64,000 nucleotides of DNA, taken from assembly GCA_017615065.1 (NCBI GenBank), contig JAGAAY010000020.1, forward strand, positions 4,672 to 68,671. The letters are read 5' to 3'. This document shows positions 47,143 to 56,920 of this stretch, piece by piece. This DNA comes from Bacteroidales bacterium. Its GTDB lineage: Bacteria > Bacteroidota > Bacteroidia > Bacteroidales > UBA932. Each line of letters opens with the position of its first letter. Position 1 is the stretch's first letter. The notes under the pieces are model-generated. The model was given only the letters and a program-made list of their open reading frames with translations. It made no database searches and was not told where the DNA came from. A program made the position numbers and the translations under genes.

Positions 47143-50100
47143 ATGAAAAAAGCTTTTAAAAGCCTTTTGCTCGCCTTCACTATGTTGATTGCGGGCACTG
47201 TCGCCTTTGCCCAGGTCACTACATCGGCCCTCTCCGGCCGCGTGACCGACGCTAGCGGCGATGCAGTCATCGGCGCTGCCGTGCTGGCCACCCACGAGCC
47301 TTCCGGTACCGTCTATGGCGGTGTCACAAACGCCGACGGCTACTATACCATCCAGGGTATGCGCTCCGGCGGTCCTTACAACATCCAGGTTTCAAGCCTT
47401 GGCTACCAGTCAGTGGAGTTCAAGGGTGTTGTTCTCCAACTGGCAGAGAAACACAGCCTCAACGCACAGCTCTCTGAAGACTCCGCAGTCCTTGAGGGTG
47501 TTGTGGTCGTGGGTGAAGCCTCTTCCAAGTTCGCAGTGGAAAAGACCGGTGCCGTGACCAATATCTCCGGCTCCCAGATCACCCTGCTCCCGACCGTCAG
47601 CCGTAACCTTACCGACGTAACCAGGCTTTCCCCTTACGGCGGTAACGGCATGACCTTCATGGGCGCGGACGACAGAACCTCCAACTTCACTGTCGACGGT
47701 GCAAACTTCAACAACAACTTCGGTCTGAGCGGAAACCTCCCCGGCGGCGGCAACCCTATCTCTCTCGATGCAATTGAAGAAATGCAGGTTGTGGTTTCCC
47801 CCTTTGACGTACGTCAGACCAACTTCATCGGCGGCGGTGTTAACGCAATCACCAAGTCCGGTACCAATACTTTCAAGGGAACGGCCTATGTGTATCACCG
47901 CAATGAAAACATGCGCGGCAATACCGTAGCAGGCGTAGACCAGGGAGAGCGTGCCGAGGACCGCACTACCACTTACGGTATGACACTGGGCGGCCCCATC
48001 ATCAAGAACAAGCTCTTCTTCTTTGTAAACTTCGAGTACATTCCCCATCCCAAGGTGGTTTCTTACTGGCATCCTTCCACCGACGGCGTGGCAGATCCCG
48101 CCCGCTTCGTCTCCCGCACAACCGTCGCTGACATGGAGCGCGTGAGGAATTTTGTCAAGGAAAAGTACGGCTACGACACCGGCGATTACCAGAACTTCAC
48201 CGGTGACGAAAGCAATATCAAGGCCCTGGCGCGTATCGACTGGAACATCAATCAGAATCATCACCTGGCCCTGCGTTACAACTATACCAACTCCATCGAG
48301 TGCAACTATACCAACCGCAGCTCTTCAGACTGCGGCCAGCGCACCACGGAAGACCGTCTTGGAAAATATTCCATGTCCTTCGCCAATTCGTTCTACAACA
48401 TGAACAATCTGGTGCACTCGTTCTCCTTCGACCTGAACAGCCGTCTGGGTGACAACATGTCCAACCAGTTCCTGGCAACGTTCTCCAAGCTGGACACCAC
48501 CAGAAGCACTCCTTCGGAATACTTCCCCTTCATCGACATTCTGGACGGTACCGGTACCATCACTCCTTACATGTCCCTTGGTTACGAGCTCTTCACATGG
48601 CAGAACGGTTATCACAACAACGTGTTCAACCTGAAGGACGACTTCACATACTACATGGCCGCCCACAAGATCACTGCCGGTGTGGCCTACGAGTATCAGA
48701 TGGCCGATAACGCCTATCTCCGTAACGGTACGGGTTACTATCGTTACAACTCCCTTGACGACTTCCTGAACGGTGCCACGCCTGAGACCGTGAACTTCAC
48801 CTATGGTTATGAGAACCTCATGCGTGACGATCCTGCAAGCCGTGTTGTCTACAACAAGGTCAGCCTCTATGCCCAGGACGAATGGGATGTGACCGACAGG
48901 TTCAAGCTCACCGCCGGTATCCGTATCGACGACTTTATCTTCGACAACAGCAACATCATCAGGAACAAGGCCGTCTATGACCTTGAGTATCCCGATGCCA
49001 ACGGCAACATCCGCCACATCGACACCGGTAAATGGCCCAACCCCACTCCTCTGGTATCTCCCCGCGTAGGATTCACCTGGGATGTCAAGGGTGACAATTC
49101 CATGAAGGTCCGCGGCGGTACCGGTATCTTCACCGGTCACGTTCCTCTGGTGTTCCTTACCAATATGCCTTCCAACTCGTCCATGAACCAGTACGCCGGT
49201 ATCATCACCACCACGTACAAGAACGGTGCAGTCCTGGAAGCCAACCCCAACCTGGCCGCTTTCGCAGGCGATCTCATCACAGACCGCGAGGAAATGCGCA
49301 AGAAGTGGTATGATCTGGGCTATCCCCAGACCATCTCCGAGGAAGATGGTAAGATCCCCAGCAAGCTCGCTGCGGTAGATCCCAACTTCAAGATGCCCCA
49401 GGTGTGGAAGACCGCCCTGGCCGTGGATTACACGCTGCCTACCTCCTTCCCGTTCACTGTGACGGTCGAGGGGATGTTCAACAAGAACATCAACGCCTCC
49501 ACGATGGAAGACTGGAACATGATTCCCGTAAACGGCTTCGCCCGCTTCAACGGAGCAGACAACCGTCCCATCTATCCTTCCGTCTACAAGTACACCGGTT
49601 CCCCTGCATATGTGCTCACCAACACCAGCAAGGGTTACACCTGGTCCGGCAACGTCACGCTGAACATGCGTCCCGTAGAGGGCCTGAACATCATGGCCGC
49701 CTATACCCACGTGGTTGCCAAGGAACTCACCTCGCTTCCCGGTTCCGATCCGGCATCCATCTTCAACTATGTTCCTACCGTGATGGGTCCCAACTACACC
49801 ACCGTGCATCTGGCCCAGAACAACACCCCTGACCGTGTTGTCGCTTCCGTTACCCGTGACGACAAATCCGGCAACCACTTCGGCCTCATCTATGAAGCAT
49901 GGCGCGGAGGTTACAACTACTCTTATCTGCTGACCAACGACATGAACGGAGACAACTACAAGTATGACTCCATGTTCATCCCCACGGACCAGCAGGTGGC
50001 CGACGGTGAATTCCGCTTCGTCACCGATGACGACCGCGACCGCTTCATGGCTTATGTCCACAACGATCCTTACCTGAGCCAGAATCAGGGCAAATATGCC

Positions 50101-50439
50101 GAGGGTTATGCTGTTTACAACCCTTGGGTTCACAGGGTGGACTTCAGCTACAAGCATGATTTCAAGGTCCGCGTAGGCCAGTCCTCCAACACCCTCCAGT
50201 TGAGCCTTGACGTCAAGAACGTCCTGAATATGTTCAACAACAGCTGGGGCGTGAGCAAGTATATGAACCCGGAACTCAATTCCGGACGTATCCTCCAGTA
50301 TGAAGGCGTCGATGCCGAAGGCTATCCTACCTTCTCCACTCCTGCAGCCGTCAAGGGCGACACTCAGACCTGGGTCTACTCCACCGGTGTGGGCCAGTGC
50401 TGGTACGCTTCCATCGGCCTTAGGTATATGTTTAACTAA
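47143..50439 (+). CDS. Oar-type TonB-dependent transporter
   Basis: Carboxypeptidase-regulatory-like N-domain; DGANFNNNFGL, PISLDAIEE, NAITKSGTN, GGPIIKNKLFFF, SPRVGF; C-terminal RYMFN. Confidence 0.9.
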   Translation: MKKAFKSLLLAFTMLIAGTVAFAQVTTSALSGRVTDASGDAVIGAAVLATHEPSGTVYGGVTNADGYYTIQGMRSGGPYNIQVSSLGYQSVEFKGVVLQLAEKHSLNAQLSEDSAVLEGVVVVGEASSKFAVEKTGAVTNISGSQITLLPTVSRNLTDVTRLSPYGGNGMTFMGADDRTSNFTVDGANFNNNFGLSGNLPGGGNPISLDAIEEMQVVVSPFDVRQTNFIGGGVNAITKSGTNTFKGTAYVYHRNENMRGNTVAGVDQGERAEDRTTTYGMTLGGPIIKNKLFFFVNFEYIPHPKVVSYWHPSTDGVADPARFVSRTTVADMERVRNFVKEKYGYDTGDYQNFTGDESNIKALARIDWNINQNHHLALRYNYTNSIECNYTNRSSSDCGQRTTEDRLGKYSMSFANSFYNMNNLVHSFSFDLNSRLGDNMSNQFLATFSKLDTTRSTPSEYFPFIDILDGTGTITPYMSLGYELFTWQNGYHNNVFNLKDDFTYYMAAHKITAGVAYEYQMADNAYLRNGTGYYRYNSLDDFLNGATPETVNFTYGYENLMRDDPASRVVYNKVSLYAQDEWDVTDRFKLTAGIRIDDFIFDNSNIIRNKAVYDLEYPDANGNIRHIDTGKWPNPTPLVSPRVGFTWDVKGDNSMKVRGGTGIFTGHVPLVFLTNMPSNSSMNQYAGIITTTYKNGAVLEANPNLAAFAGDLITDREEMRKKWYDLGYPQTISEEDGKIPSKLAAVDPNFKMPQVWKTALAVDYTLPTSFPFTVTVEGMFNKNINASTMEDWNMIPVNGFARFNGADNRPIYPSVYKYTGSPAYVLTNTSKGYTWSGNVTLNMRPVEGLNIMAAYTHVVAKELTSLPGSDPASIFNYVPTVMGPNYTTVHLAQNNTPDRVVASVTRDDKSGNHFGLIYEAWRGGYNYSYLLTNDMNGDNYKYDSMFIPTDQQVADGEFRFVTDDDRDRFMAYVHNDPYLSQNQGKYAEGYAVYNPWVHRVDFSYKHDFKVRVGQSSNTLQLSLDVKNVLNMFNNSWGVSKYMNPELNSGRILQYEGVDAEGYPTFSTPAAVKGDTQTWVYSTGVGQCWYASIGLRYMFN

Positions 50440-50456
50440 CAGGGAACAGCAATAAT

Positions 50457-52856
50457 ATGAAACTCAGATATTTAATCGGAGCTATTCTCCTTGGACTCGG
50501 ACTTGTTACCGCATGTACGGAAGAAGAGTTGCAAACTCTCTCCGAACTGCAGCTCTCGGAGTCTTATGTCTCCATTGATGTCGCCGGCAGCACATCCAAG
50601 ATTAATGTCAATGCCACGGCAGACTGGTCGGTGGTTGCCGAATCAGTCCCCGAATGGCTCACTGTAAGCCCCATGAGCGGAGCAGCCGGTCAAACCGAGC
50701 TTTCCTTCACGGCGGCTGCCACAACAGCAACCCGCAACGCTGAGGTGAAGATCCTCTGCAACTCCAGGACACAGTTCATCAACGTTATCCAGTATGCCGC
50801 CAAGGTAGATCCCCCGGTCGTTACTGTTGCCGAAGCCCTCGCCCTCATCAAGGCGGTGGATCCCAATGACGGCCAGAGCCACAACGTGGACGGTACTTAC
50901 CGTGTCAGGGGCTTTGTTACCAAGATTACTGAGATGAGCACCCAGTATGGCAACGCAACCTATTACCTCTCCGACGACGGTGTACATGCCGACGGCAAGG
51001 TCCTTCAGGTCTATCGCGGCCTCTGGAAGAACGGCGCAGCCATTACCACCGGAAATGAATTCGGAGTTGGTGACGAACTCGTTATCGAGGCCCAGCTCAT
51101 GAGCTATAAGGGTACTCCCGAAACTGTGGAGAAAACGGCAATCGTTATCGAGCACACTCCTTCCATCATCCAGGTGGAAAGCATAACTCCTGATGTCATC
51201 CCCGCGGATGGTGGCGAAGTTGAGGTTAAAGTCTCTTCCAAGGTATCACCTATCATCGTTTCTACCGATGTCGCCTGGCTTACGGTTACCGACGTTAAGG
51301 AAGGCAATGTGTATGTTCTCACGGCGGCAGCCAACGACTACACAGCAATCCGTTCCGCCACCATTACCGTGAAGGGCCCCGGCGCAATTGCCACCAAGAG
51401 CATCAAGCAGGAGGGTATTCCCGCCACCGGTGCAACCGTAACCGAAATCATCGCAATGGACGATAATTCGGAAATCGAAACTCTTGAAAGCACCGTTATA
51501 GCAAAGACTACGAAGGGTGTAGTGATTTCCGATGGTACCAACGCACTTTATGTCTATGGCACCAAGGTCGATGACGTCAATGTCGGCGACAACGTAAAGG
51601 TCATCGCCAAAAAGACTTCATACAACGGTGTCCCTGAAATTGTATTTACCGATGGCAGCGAGACTCATCAGGTGATTGTCTACTCCAGCGGCAACAAGTT
51701 CGACAATCCCACTCCCGTGGACATTACAGCCAATGCCGGTGAATACACTGCAAACAAGGCAGAGTATATCAAGCTCACCGGTACCCTCTCTGTTTCCGGC
51801 ACCTATTACAATCTGGCGCTGGATGCCTTCCCGGGAGGAGATAAGCAGGGTTCGATAGTATTCCCTGTAGAGGAACTGGCAGCCGATTCCTTCAAGGATA
51901 AGAAGATCACCGTCACCGGCTGGTTCAATGGTCTTTCAAGCAAAGGCAAATACATCAACATCATCGCCACCAAGATCGTGGAATTCCAGGACAATCCTAA
52001 GGGAACCCTTACGAATCCTTATTCTCCTTCCGAGATTGCAACGCTTCTGGTAGGAGGAACCACGTTCAGCGAGAATGTGTACATCAAAGGTATTGTCTCC
52101 AGGAAAACCACCTACAATTATGGTCCTACCTACAATAATGCTTCGTTCTGGATTTCCGACGACGGTGTTGCCTATGGCATTTCTGAAGACGGCAAAAAGA
52201 CCACGGAGCCCACTAAGGACTTTGAATGCTACAGTGTGTACTGGCTTGGAGGAGACCTGTCTGCCCCCACCGCTGCCGCTGATATCAAAGGCAACTTTGA
52301 AGTGGGTGACGAAGTGGTTATCTATGGCGCTGTGACTTTATATGCCGCCAACAACCTTGCTGAAACACAGAAGAACAAGGCCAAGATATACAGCATCAAC
52401 GGCGCCGAGAGCGACGAGAACGGTTTGGGCAATGCCTCATATCCTTTCAATATTGCCGGTATCGAGGCCTTCATCGACCGTGCTGTCGCAGCGAAGGCCG
52501 CCGCGGCGGCCAGTGAGCAGGAGGCGCCCGTATTCCCCGATGTCTGTGTGAAGGGTAAGATTTCCGCCGTTCTCTATGCATTCGACACCGCCCATGAAAA
52601 TGGAACCTTCTGGATTTCCGATGACGGCGTGGCACATGGTATCTCTTCGGACAACAAGAAGACTACCGAACCCGCGAAGGACTTCGAATGCTACAACGTG
52701 TATTGGCTGAACAATGTCCGTTGGGCAGAAGGCGATGCACAGCCCGCTGTAGGTGACGAGGTGATCATCAAGGGACAGTATACCCTTTACAGCGGCACTT
52801 ACGAAACTGCCGGCAAGAAGGCATGGGTATACAGCCATACCCCTGCAACTAACTAG
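50457..52856 (+). CDS. Lipoprotein with BACON and repeated OB-fold-like domains
   Basis: Lipobox LVTAC; WLTVSP...R-A BACON pattern; YGNATYYLSDDG and GDEVVI repeats; duplicated FWISDDG...KKTTEP.KDFECY.VYWL. Confidence 0.75.
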   Translation: MKLRYLIGAILLGLGLVTACTEEELQTLSELQLSESYVSIDVAGSTSKINVNATADWSVVAESVPEWLTVSPMSGAAGQTELSFTAAATTATRNAEVKILCNSRTQFINVIQYAAKVDPPVVTVAEALALIKAVDPNDGQSHNVDGTYRVRGFVTKITEMSTQYGNATYYLSDDGVHADGKVLQVYRGLWKNGAAITTGNEFGVGDELVIEAQLMSYKGTPETVEKTAIVIEHTPSIIQVESITPDVIPADGGEVEVKVSSKVSPIIVSTDVAWLTVTDVKEGNVYVLTAAANDYTAIRSATITVKGPGAIATKSIKQEGIPATGATVTEIIAMDDNSEIETLESTVIAKTTKGVVISDGTNALYVYGTKVDDVNVGDNVKVIAKKTSYNGVPEIVFTDGSETHQVIVYSSGNKFDNPTPVDITANAGEYTANKAEYIKLTGTLSVSGTYYNLALDAFPGGDKQGSIVFPVEELAADSFKDKKITVTGWFNGLSSKGKYINIIATKIVEFQDNPKGTLTNPYSPSEIATLLVGGTTFSENVYIKGIVSRKTTYNYGPTYNNASFWISDDGVAYGISEDGKKTTEPTKDFECYSVYWLGGDLSAPTAAADIKGNFEVGDEVVIYGAVTLYAANNLAETQKNKAKIYSINGAESDENGLGNASYPFNIAGIEAFIDRAVAAKAAAAASEQEAPVFPDVCVKGKISAVLYAFDTAHENGTFWISDDGVAHGISSDNKKTTEPAKDFECYNVYWLNNVRWAEGDAQPAVGDEVIIKGQYTLYSGTYETAGKKAWVYSHTPATN

Positions 52857-52875
52857 CAGTGGAGACAATAAAAAT

Positions 52876-52908
52876 TAAGGCGACTCAATTGAGCCGCCTT
52901 ATTTTTTT
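52876..52908. terminator. Bidirectional terminator
   Basis: taaggcg.ctc-aatt-gag.cgcctta with A and T tails, between convergent genes. Confidence 0.75.
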
Positions 52909-54307
52909 ATTCCGCGAGTTTTAATCCGTCAAGCTTGTTCCATTCGCCGCGGGTGAAGTCCGGCATGACAACCGGCATGGAACCGTGGTTGATGGAAACC
53001 TCGGTGAGTTCCACGAGGGAGCTCCATTCGGCGGCGTCGTAAACGTCCTGGTCCAGGGGAAGGCCGTTGTGAAGGCAGTAGATGAGGCGGTAGTCCATGA
53101 TGAAGTCCATGCCGCCGTGGCCGCCAACCTTGCGGGCAAGCTCCTCAATGTCGTTCACAAAAGGATACTTGTACATTTCCATGATGGCGTCCCTGTCGGC
53201 CTCGGAAAGGTATTCCTCGGCGTCAAGGTCGTCATATGCGCCGGTCTGGACGGCATTTCCGCCGATGGCGATACCCTCGTTGGGATATTTGTTGGCGTAG
53301 CCCTTGGTGCCCTGCAGCTGATACATGCGGCTGTACGGCTGGGGCGTTACAACGGCATGCTCCACAAGGATGGTCTTGCCGTTGTGCGTGCGGATAAGGG
53401 TGCTGGTGTTGTCTCCGTTGGCATACTTGGCAACCTCGCCCTCGCCGTAGCGCTTATCGGCAATCTCCTGACCGGCAAATGCATCCGTGTCCATGGCCAC
53501 CAGGACGTCCATCTTGTCGCCGCGGTGGATATTCAGCACCTGGCAAACGGGGCCGATGCCGTGGGTGGGATACAGGTCGCCGTGATGATCCTTGTTGTAG
53601 GACATGCGCCAGTCGGCATAATAATTATCCCACCAGGGCTCCAGGTTATGGCAGTACGAGCCTTCCGCGTGCACCACCTCGCCGAAAAGGCCGTGCTGGG
53701 CCATGTTCAGGCAGGTGAGCTCGAAGAAGTCGTAGCAGCAGTTTTCCAGCATCATGCAGTGCTTGCGCGTGCGTTCCGACGTGTTCACCAGCTGCCAGCA
53801 CTGTTCGATGCTTATGGCGGCGGGAACCTCGATGGCTACATGCTTACCGTGTTCCATCGCATATACGGCGATGGGGGTGTGAAGCTGCCATGGAACTGCA
53901 AGATACACAAGATCCAGATCTTCCAGTTCGCACAGCTGCTTGTAGCCTTCCTCTCCGGTGAACTCATACTGGGCACGGGGTGCGCCGCGCTTTTCCAGCC
54001 GGCTCTGGGCCTTTTCAACCCTTTCGGGAAGAAGGTCGCAGAGGGCCACCACTGTGGCGTCTTCAATGAAGGGGAAACGCCTTACGGCATCGCTTCCGCG
54101 GTCTCCAAGCCCCACGATGCCCACGCGCACATGCTCGATGGGCTCTGCGGCGAAGCCGAGCATGCTCTGCTGGCCGGCCGGGCGCGGGGGAGTGTTGTAG
54201 ACAATCTTGTTATCCTTGATAACATAGCCGTATTCACTTGCGGCAGGTGCGCATGCGGCCAAAAGAAGTGCCGCCGAAGCGGCACATATAATGCTGTTTA
54301 ATTTCAT
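52907..54307 (-). CDS. GH109-type NAD-dependent glycosidase (alpha-N-acetylgalactosaminidase-like), lipoprotein
   Basis: GLGDRG, HVAIEVP, MMLENCCY, YPTHG, GHGGMD, DVYDAAEWS. Confidence 0.9.
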   Translation of the reverse strand: MKLNSIICAASAALLLAACAPAASEYGYVIKDNKIVYNTPPRPAGQQSMLGFAAEPIEHVRVGIVGLGDRGSDAVRRFPFIEDATVVALCDLLPERVEKAQSRLEKRGAPRAQYEFTGEEGYKQLCELEDLDLVYLAVPWQLHTPIAVYAMEHGKHVAIEVPAAISIEQCWQLVNTSERTRKHCMMLENCCYDFFELTCLNMAQHGLFGEVVHAEGSYCHNLEPWWDNYYADWRMSYNKDHHGDLYPTHGIGPVCQVLNIHRGDKMDVLVAMDTDAFAGQEIADKRYGEGEVAKYANGDNTSTLIRTHNGKTILVEHAVVTPQPYSRMYQLQGTKGYANKYPNEGIAIGGNAVQTGAYDDLDAEEYLSEADRDAIMEMYKYPFVNDIEELARKVGGHGGMDFIMDYRLIYCLHNGLPLDQDVYDAAEWSSLVELTEVSINHGSMPVVMPDFTRGEWNKLDGLKLAE

Positions 54308-54313
54308 AAGAGA

Positions 54314-55534
54314 CTATTTCTTGTCGATGAGCATCATGCTGCGGAAATCGTCGATGTCCTTCTGGCTCACCTTGGCAACGTTCAGGAGATAATTCTCCAC
54401 GCCCTTGGCGAAGGTGCCGTCGGTGGACAGCCCCCAGAAATAGGGAGCCACATCGCTGTAGATCCACTTGGTGCGGTTGTTCTGGAAGGTGGTATAGTCT
54501 TCCGACAGGGCGATGCTGTATCCCCTGGGGGCGAAGTAAGTGAGTTCGTACTCCTTGGAGATGTCGCCTTCGCGGACGCCCAGGACGCCCAGCAGAAGGG
54601 CGGCAAGGGTGCCGGTGCGGTCGCGGCCCAGTGAGCAGTGGAAGTACACGGGCTTGTTTTCCCTGAGGCAGTTTACAATAAACTCGAAGCACTGTTTGGT
54701 CTTGGGGGCATTGTCCACGAGCATGGTCTTTCCGCCGGACTCGATAACAGGAGCGCAGAACGCAAGTTCCTCGAAAACGGGAGCGGAAAGGACATCTGAC
54801 GTGCCGCGGAGATCCAGCTGTGCACGGATGCCTTCCGCAAGGATTTCTGCCTTGCCGGTTTTGGCCGATACGGTCTCGGCCTGCATACGGCCGCCGCGGT
54901 ATACCATGCGGTATTTGACCATCTTGCCGTCTACGGTTTCCCAACCGCCCAGGTCGCGGCCATTGCGGCAGCCTTTCTGGAAGAACACCTGATGGAGGTG
55001 ACCGGTGGTGTAGAAATCGCCCCTTCTTACCAATTTTCCGTCTTCTCCGGTAACCGTATAGGTGTAGTGGGTGTTTGGAACAAGGTTGGTGATGTTGATA
55101 TAGCAGGTGCCTTTGATCAGGGTCTTATCGAACTTCCAATCGCCCTCCTCCATGTGGAAGGTAAGCTCGCCGGCGTCCATATTCTTTGCCCAGCGGATAC
55201 TGAATTCTTCCGGTTTGTCGGATTTGGGGGATTTGACGACCTCGCCGTAAATGGGGTCTTCGTTTCCGTCCTTGTCGTACTTTTTGCCGTTGAAGCCGCC
55301 GTAATAATCGTAAATCCTGGTCTCGCTCCAGTTCTTGTCGGGATAGGTTACTTCGGTGAGGAACTTCTCCACATTGGGATTGGTAACAAGAACGGAGCTG
55401 CCGTCCTTAACCCAGGTGGCTGCAGCCGCATAGGCCTCGCCCTCCAGATTCTCATCTCCGCCATTGGTTGAATTGTTCTTCTTGCAGCAGAGAATAGCAG
55501 GAATGATGAGCAGTAGTGCAAATACTTTTTTCAT
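54314..55534 (-). CDS. Tyrosine-phosphatase-like (Y_phosphatase3) lipoprotein
   Basis: Lipobox ILCC; NGRDLGG, YRGG, LDLRG, HCSLGRDRTG (CX5R). Confidence 0.85.
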   Translation of the reverse strand: MKKVFALLLIIPAILCCKKNNSTNGGDENLEGEAYAAAATWVKDGSSVLVTNPNVEKFLTEVTYPDKNWSETRIYDYYGGFNGKKYDKDGNEDPIYGEVVKSPKSDKPEEFSIRWAKNMDAGELTFHMEEGDWKFDKTLIKGTCYINITNLVPNTHYTYTVTGEDGKLVRRGDFYTTGHLHQVFFQKGCRNGRDLGGWETVDGKMVKYRMVYRGGRMQAETVSAKTGKAEILAEGIRAQLDLRGTSDVLSAPVFEELAFCAPVIESGGKTMLVDNAPKTKQCFEFIVNCLRENKPVYFHCSLGRDRTGTLAALLLGVLGVREGDISKEYELTYFAPRGYSIALSEDYTTFQNNRTKWIYSDVAPYFWGLSTDGTFAKGVENYLLNVAKVSQKDIDDFRSMMLIDKK

Positions 55535-55537
55535 ATC

Positions 55538-56902
55538 TTAGTCGGTAAGCATGATTGAACGGAAATCGTCGATGACAGCCTGGCTTACGCCTGCTTCCTG
55601 AACAAGATATTTCTCCACGCCGCTGGCGAAGGAACCGCTTCCTGCAAGGCCCCAGAAGTAGGGGACGATGTCGCTGTATACCCAGTGCATGCGGGTATTC
55701 TTGAAGATGGGCTCCGGATTGCTGTCCTTATCGGAAGATGACACGCTGAATCCTACAGGGGCGAAATAAGTGAGTTCGTATTCCTTGGAGATGTCGCCTT
55801 CACGTACGCCCAGAACACCAAGAATGAGAACACCCATGGTTCCGGTGCGGTCGCGGCCGAGTGAGCAGTGGAAGTATACTCCCTTCCCGGCCTTCACGCT
55901 GTTGTAAACAAACATGAAGCACTCCTTGGTCTTGGCCTTGTATGCAGTCTGGAAAGCTGCATATTCTTCCGCGGTGGGAGTGTAGCTGCTAACATTGATA
56001 GCTTCTTTCTCTTCTGCGGTCTTGGGGCTTGCCGGATCAAGTTTTAGCCATTTTGCGCAGTTTTTGGCAGAAGGCTTGGTTACGCCAAGCATAACCTTTC
56101 CGCCTTCCTCGATGCAGGGGTGGCAGTGGTCCAGGCCGTCAACGGCGGGTACGGTCATGTAGTCGTCGGAACCGCGAAGCTCAAGCTCTGCACCGATACC
56201 CTCCGCAAGGACTTCCTTCTTTCCGGTGGCGGTGAGCATCGTCTCCCAGGGGTCGTTCATGCGTCCGCCACGGTAAATTTTGCGGTATTTGACCATTTTA
56301 CCGCTTTCCGTCTTCCAGCCGCCGAGGTCGCGTGCGTTGCGGCACTTGGCCTTGAAAAATACCTGGTGCAGGTGGCCTGTGGTTGTGAAGGTTCCCGAAG
56401 CTACAACGGTCTTTGCATCATCCTTAGCAGTAACACTGTATGTGTAAGTGTCGTTGGGGACGAGGTTGGTGATGTCCACAAAGCATGAACCGGCCTTGAT
56501 GTCAAGGTCCTGGGACCAGCCAAGAGCATCCTGCAGGTGGAGTTTGTAGCCCAGGGTAATATCATCGGACTTTTTCCAGCGGATGCTGTAGCTGTTGGGC
56601 TTGTCGCCGTCGGGCCAGTTCTTTTGCCAGTTGCTCCAGTTGAGGTTTTTGCCGTCAAAGCCGCCGTAATAGTCGAAAATCTTGGTATAGGACAGGTCTT
56701 TGTCCGGATATGTTACTTCCGTGAGGAATTTCTCCGAATACTCGCTGTTGGCGAGCACTTCGTCTCCGTCTTTCACCATGGGAGCGGCTTTCGCGTACTC
56801 CTCGCCGTTGAATTCGTCAACTTCTGTTTTGCCTTTGTTCGGATCCTTGTGGCAGCACATGATCATCGGAACAAGAAGCAGCAATGCAAGAACTCTTTTC
56901 AT
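55538..56902 (-). CDS. Tyrosine-phosphatase-like lipoprotein (tandem paralog)
   Basis: NARDLGG, HCSLGRDRTG; shares GVREGDISKEYELTYFAP with the neighbouring gene. Confidence 0.85.
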   Translation of the reverse strand: MKRVLALLLLVPMIMCCHKDPNKGKTEVDEFNGEEYAKAAPMVKDGDEVLANSEYSEKFLTEVTYPDKDLSYTKIFDYYGGFDGKNLNWSNWQKNWPDGDKPNSYSIRWKKSDDITLGYKLHLQDALGWSQDLDIKAGSCFVDITNLVPNDTYTYSVTAKDDAKTVVASGTFTTTGHLHQVFFKAKCRNARDLGGWKTESGKMVKYRKIYRGGRMNDPWETMLTATGKKEVLAEGIGAELELRGSDDYMTVPAVDGLDHCHPCIEEGGKVMLGVTKPSAKNCAKWLKLDPASPKTAEEKEAINVSSYTPTAEEYAAFQTAYKAKTKECFMFVYNSVKAGKGVYFHCSLGRDRTGTMGVLILGVLGVREGDISKEYELTYFAPVGFSVSSSDKDSNPEPIFKNTRMHWVYSDIVPYFWGLAGSGSFASGVEKYLVQEAGVSQAVIDDFRSIMLTD

Positions 56903-56920
56903 AATTGTTTTGATATTAAT

